Of a stretch of 64,000 bases of DNA, positions 60,801 through 64,000 are shown piece by piece (position 1 is the first letter of the stretch; each line of letters opens with the position of its first letter). The stretch spans positions 677 to 64,676 of IMG/VR virus record IMGVR_UViG_3300028591_000212; one strand, 5' to 3'. Source of the stretch: a virus. Lineage: Duplodnaviria > Caudoviricetes. A model generated the notes under the pieces. That model was given only the letters and a program-made list of their open reading frames with translations. It was not told where the DNA came from and did no database searches. A program made the position numbers and the translations under genes.

Positions 60801-61799
60801 GGTGAAGAAGTAATAAGAGACCTTGAATATTGGCCTGTATGTAAAGCTGATAATTTAGCTGCACAACATAGTCAAGCAGAAATTATATTGGATTATTATA
60901 GATATACTGATTTTTATCAATATAATGAAACAGACAAAGAATTTATAAAAGTTCCATGGGCAACTGCTTCTGAGTATAATTTGGTTGATGGTAAATATTA
61001 TACTTTAATTTCAACTAAATTTATTGTTGATGAAAAGTATAATAATAAAGCTGATTATTATGTACGTAATAATTATCAAGAAGCACATGCAGGAGAATAT
61101 CAAGAAGATATTGAAAAATTCTATGACCATGTAGGTCAAGTAAGCTATAAAGATTATTGCGCTCAAGAGCATTTCTTAAGACAAGACTTATACGCTAAGT
61201 TATTAGACTCAATGGATGTATATGGAGTAAAATATTGCCCTTATTGTGGTCATAAAGAGGTATTGAATTTCTCTAATGCGGTTGCGATGCAGGAAGCTGT
61301 TCAGTGTCCTCATTGCGGAGAAGCTTGGAATATTGCCAGATACGAATTAGACGCTAGTGGTCAGTATGTGGCTGTTCCTAACTTGCCTATTAAGAATACA
61401 ACTCCTATTCGTATAGATTTAGATAATAATTATGGAGAAGATAAAACTTATGTAGATGATACAATTATCTTTGAAGTTAAAGATTTATCGTTTGAAGATA
61501 TACAGTCTATTAGAGTTGGTTCTGGTGTTATTTTAGATGCTTCGTATTTATTACTTAGAAAAACTTATAGTTTTGAACCAGAAAATTTATTAGAAGAATA
61601 TAACACAGCCAAAGAAAATTATGAAAGTTTATTCACTAAGCAATGGGCTGAAGATATGGATAGTGATGAAGAAAAGCGTACTGAATGGAACACACTTAGA
61701 AATGAATATGCAGCAACTTTTGTTGAAGCGTGGAATAATTTATTAGAACAAACTGAAATAAACAAAGCTCAATATTTAAGAGCGCATGGATTAGACTAA
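57837..61799 (+). CDS. large minor tail protein (distal-tail-like), 1320 aa (TGA=Trp at 58758, 59706 and 60402)
   Basis: Four track ORFs in one frame; IRFNPKVS.FK...DTIGGKYP..F.ISGLIS; internal CPYC...CPHC Zn ribbon. Confidence 0.78.
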
Positions 61800-64000
61800 T
61801 GAATACATATTTACTAGATAAAGATTTTTTAGCAACATTGGATTTACAAAATGAAAAAGAAGTATTTGCTAAACTTATTTCTTTAGATTTTGAAGAAAAT
61901 CCAATAGAAGAAATACAAGGAACAGTAACCGGAGGCTCAATAAATGTAGATGGGTCTTCGGCTGTTCGTCGTACTTGCAGTCTTACTCTAGTAGCAAAAG
62001 ATATAACTCTTAATGATTACTATTGGGGGTTAAATACCAAATTTAAGGTAGAGATTGGAGTACGTAATAAAATAAATAAAGAATACCCTGAGATTTTATG
62101 GTTTCCTCATGGTACTTTCATAATTTCATCTTTTAGTGAGTCATTATCTGTTAATACTTATACGATTAATATAAGTGGTAAAGATAAAATGGTTTTACTT
62201 AACGGAGAAGTTGGCGGCACAATAACTGCTTCTTCTTGGGATTTTGGTACACGAGATGAAATAGATGAAAATGGAATGATTAGTAATGTAGACATTCCAG
62301 TTAAAACAATAATTCGAGATGCTGTTCATGAATTTGCCAAAGAGCCATTTGCCAATATCGTTATTAATGATTTGGATACTCTTGGTATTGAATTAATGGA
62401 ATATAGAGGTAATAAACCTTTATATATGTTTATTGATAATAATTCAAGAGAATGTAGAAATGTTACTCTTAATGAAAATCAAACTATTTATATTAAAGAT
62501 TTAGATTATAAGCAAACTACTGTTGGCACTGGTGATTTCAATTATGATAAGTGTGTAGAATTAAATTTAGAGAATCCTAAATTTGCTACACCATCTGAAA
62601 TTACTTTTTCAGCAGATGATGACGCAAACCCTTATACAGTTGCCAAGATAGAGGAATATCAAACTGCTGGTTATAGAACAACAGAAATTACTTATGCTGG
62701 TGATTTAACTATTGCGGTTGGTGGAACTGTAACTCAAATGCTTGATAAGCTTGTTGCTATGCTTGGTGAGTTTGAATATTATTATGATGTTGATGGAAGA
62801 TTTATTTTCCAGAAGAAGAGAAATTGAATTCAAACATCATTTAATAATATTGTAGATACAAGAGACCAAACTTATGTGGCAAATGCAAAAGATACTTCTG
62901 CTGTATCTTATACTTTTGAAGGTGACAACTTATTATCCGTAGTACAAAATACTCCTAATTTAGCTAATTTACGTAATGACTTTAGCTTATGGGGAACAAA
63001 GAAATCTGTTACTGGTCAAGAGTTACCAGTACATATGAGATATGCTATTGATAAAAAGCCAGATATTTATAAAGATTTTGATGGGAATATTTGGTGTGCT
63101 AATATAGACTTTTTAGGTTTATATGTAGATGGCAAGCAGACTACAAAGAGTTTAGATGAAATAAAACAAGAAACAAAAGTAAAAATAGAAAACGAAATTA
63201 AGAAAAAATTAGTTAAATATACTAAAACAAAAAATACAGTTAAATTATCTGAAGATTGGTGAGATGTATTAGATTGAGCAAATTATTATTCTATTCTAAC
63301 TGGGGAATATCCATCTGGTAAAATGTCATTATATGCTGATAAAGTTGGTAATGGTGAAGGTGTAAGATTCGAAAACTTAAATGATATAATACCAGAGCCA
63401 ATAGTTGGAAAAGTTTATTACATTCGTTTAGCCAACGGAATAAAAGAATTTGTATATGATGGTACTCCGGCATATTGATTTGGTAAATTTATACAACCAT
63501 TTAATCTTTATGTAATAGACGTAAATGAAGATGGCACATTGGGATATTATGGTCATGAAACTCAATGTAATCATTCGTATCAATATTTTTTAGATAATAA
63601 AGAATATGGTATTACCAGCTATATTTATAGACCAGAAATACCAACACAAGTTTTTGAAGAAGTTACTGCTGAACAAGTTGAAGAATATTTACTTCAACAT
63701 TTAAGTCTTGTTGTTGATTCAAAAAATCCGCAAGCTATAGTTGACAAATATGATTTAAATGATGTAGAAATAAAATATGTAAATGTTTGTGATTGGCGTG
63801 AATTAATTTATCGTATGGCGCTAGATTATAACAAACATCATATGGAAGAAAATTTTGTCGCTGATATTATAAAAAATAATAGTAATGTTTTAGGTGAAAG
63901 TTATTATTCTACTGGTTTAACTGGGTATGAACAATATTATGTTGATATTCAAGGTTTCTGACGTCAATTATACTGTTGGGATGATTATGTTAAAATAGAT
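61799..64000 (+). CDS. baseplate hub/tail tip protein, runs off the window end (TGA=Trp at 62825, 63260, 63275, 63476 and 63959)
   Basis: GGSINVDGSSAVRRTCSL, GKDKM..LNG..GG, FEYYYDVDGRFIFQKK; three track ORFs in one frame. Confidence 0.8.

Noticed and set aside
29752-64000. Fragmented structural genes read as pseudogenes or frameshifts (decayed prophage)
   Set aside because: All fragments share a frame and the gaps contain only TGA stops, in Trp contexts. Recoding explains them with no frameshift.
29752-64000. TGA as selenocysteine or glycine (code 25)
   Set aside because: Contexts are aromatic/Trp-like (e.g. EDW[W]DVLD[W], KLSTP[W]). I saw no SECIS-like hairpins and no canonical tRNA-Sec. 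A homolog alignment is still needed for formal proof.
53608-64000. Diversity-generating retroelement TR/VR pair in tail genes
   Set aside because: No ~100-bp near-duplicate differing at adenines was seen, and there is no reverse transcriptase in the window.
1-64000. Integrase, transposase, rRNA or lysis cassette
   Set aside because: No recognisable motifs in this window; they may lie outside it.

Overview
A 64 kb piece of a large, AT-rich tailed phage genome, with an SPbeta/c-st-like siphovirus morphogenesis module and a probable Bacillota/Mollicutes-type host. Bases 1-29.6 kb are transcribed leftward. They hold 19 CCA-encoding tRNA genes, two long non-coding transcription units (~0.84 kb GOLLD-like and ~1 kb unassigned), small early and nucleotide-metabolism genes, an iteron origin next to a wHTH protein, and a promoter-dense region of tiny paralogous genes. 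Bases 29.7-64 kb are rightward packaging, head and tail genes. TGA encodes Trp (code 4): by hand count, 37 in-frame TGAs join the broken ORF-track fragments into 11 late genes, including a 2628-aa tape measure protein. Every gene end I checked is TAA or TAG. The main discoveries are in the tRNA array. (1) A circularly permuted, P1-less, B-type RNase P RNA at 1931-2216. (2) A circularly permuted tRNA-Cys gene broken at position 27/28 at 4511-4631. (3) A non-canonical cloverleaf RNA at 1579-1658. (4) A tRNA-Trp(CCA) with an unpaired 27:43 position that could read UGA. All RNA structures and family assignments were made by eye from motifs and need covariance-model or HMM confirmation.
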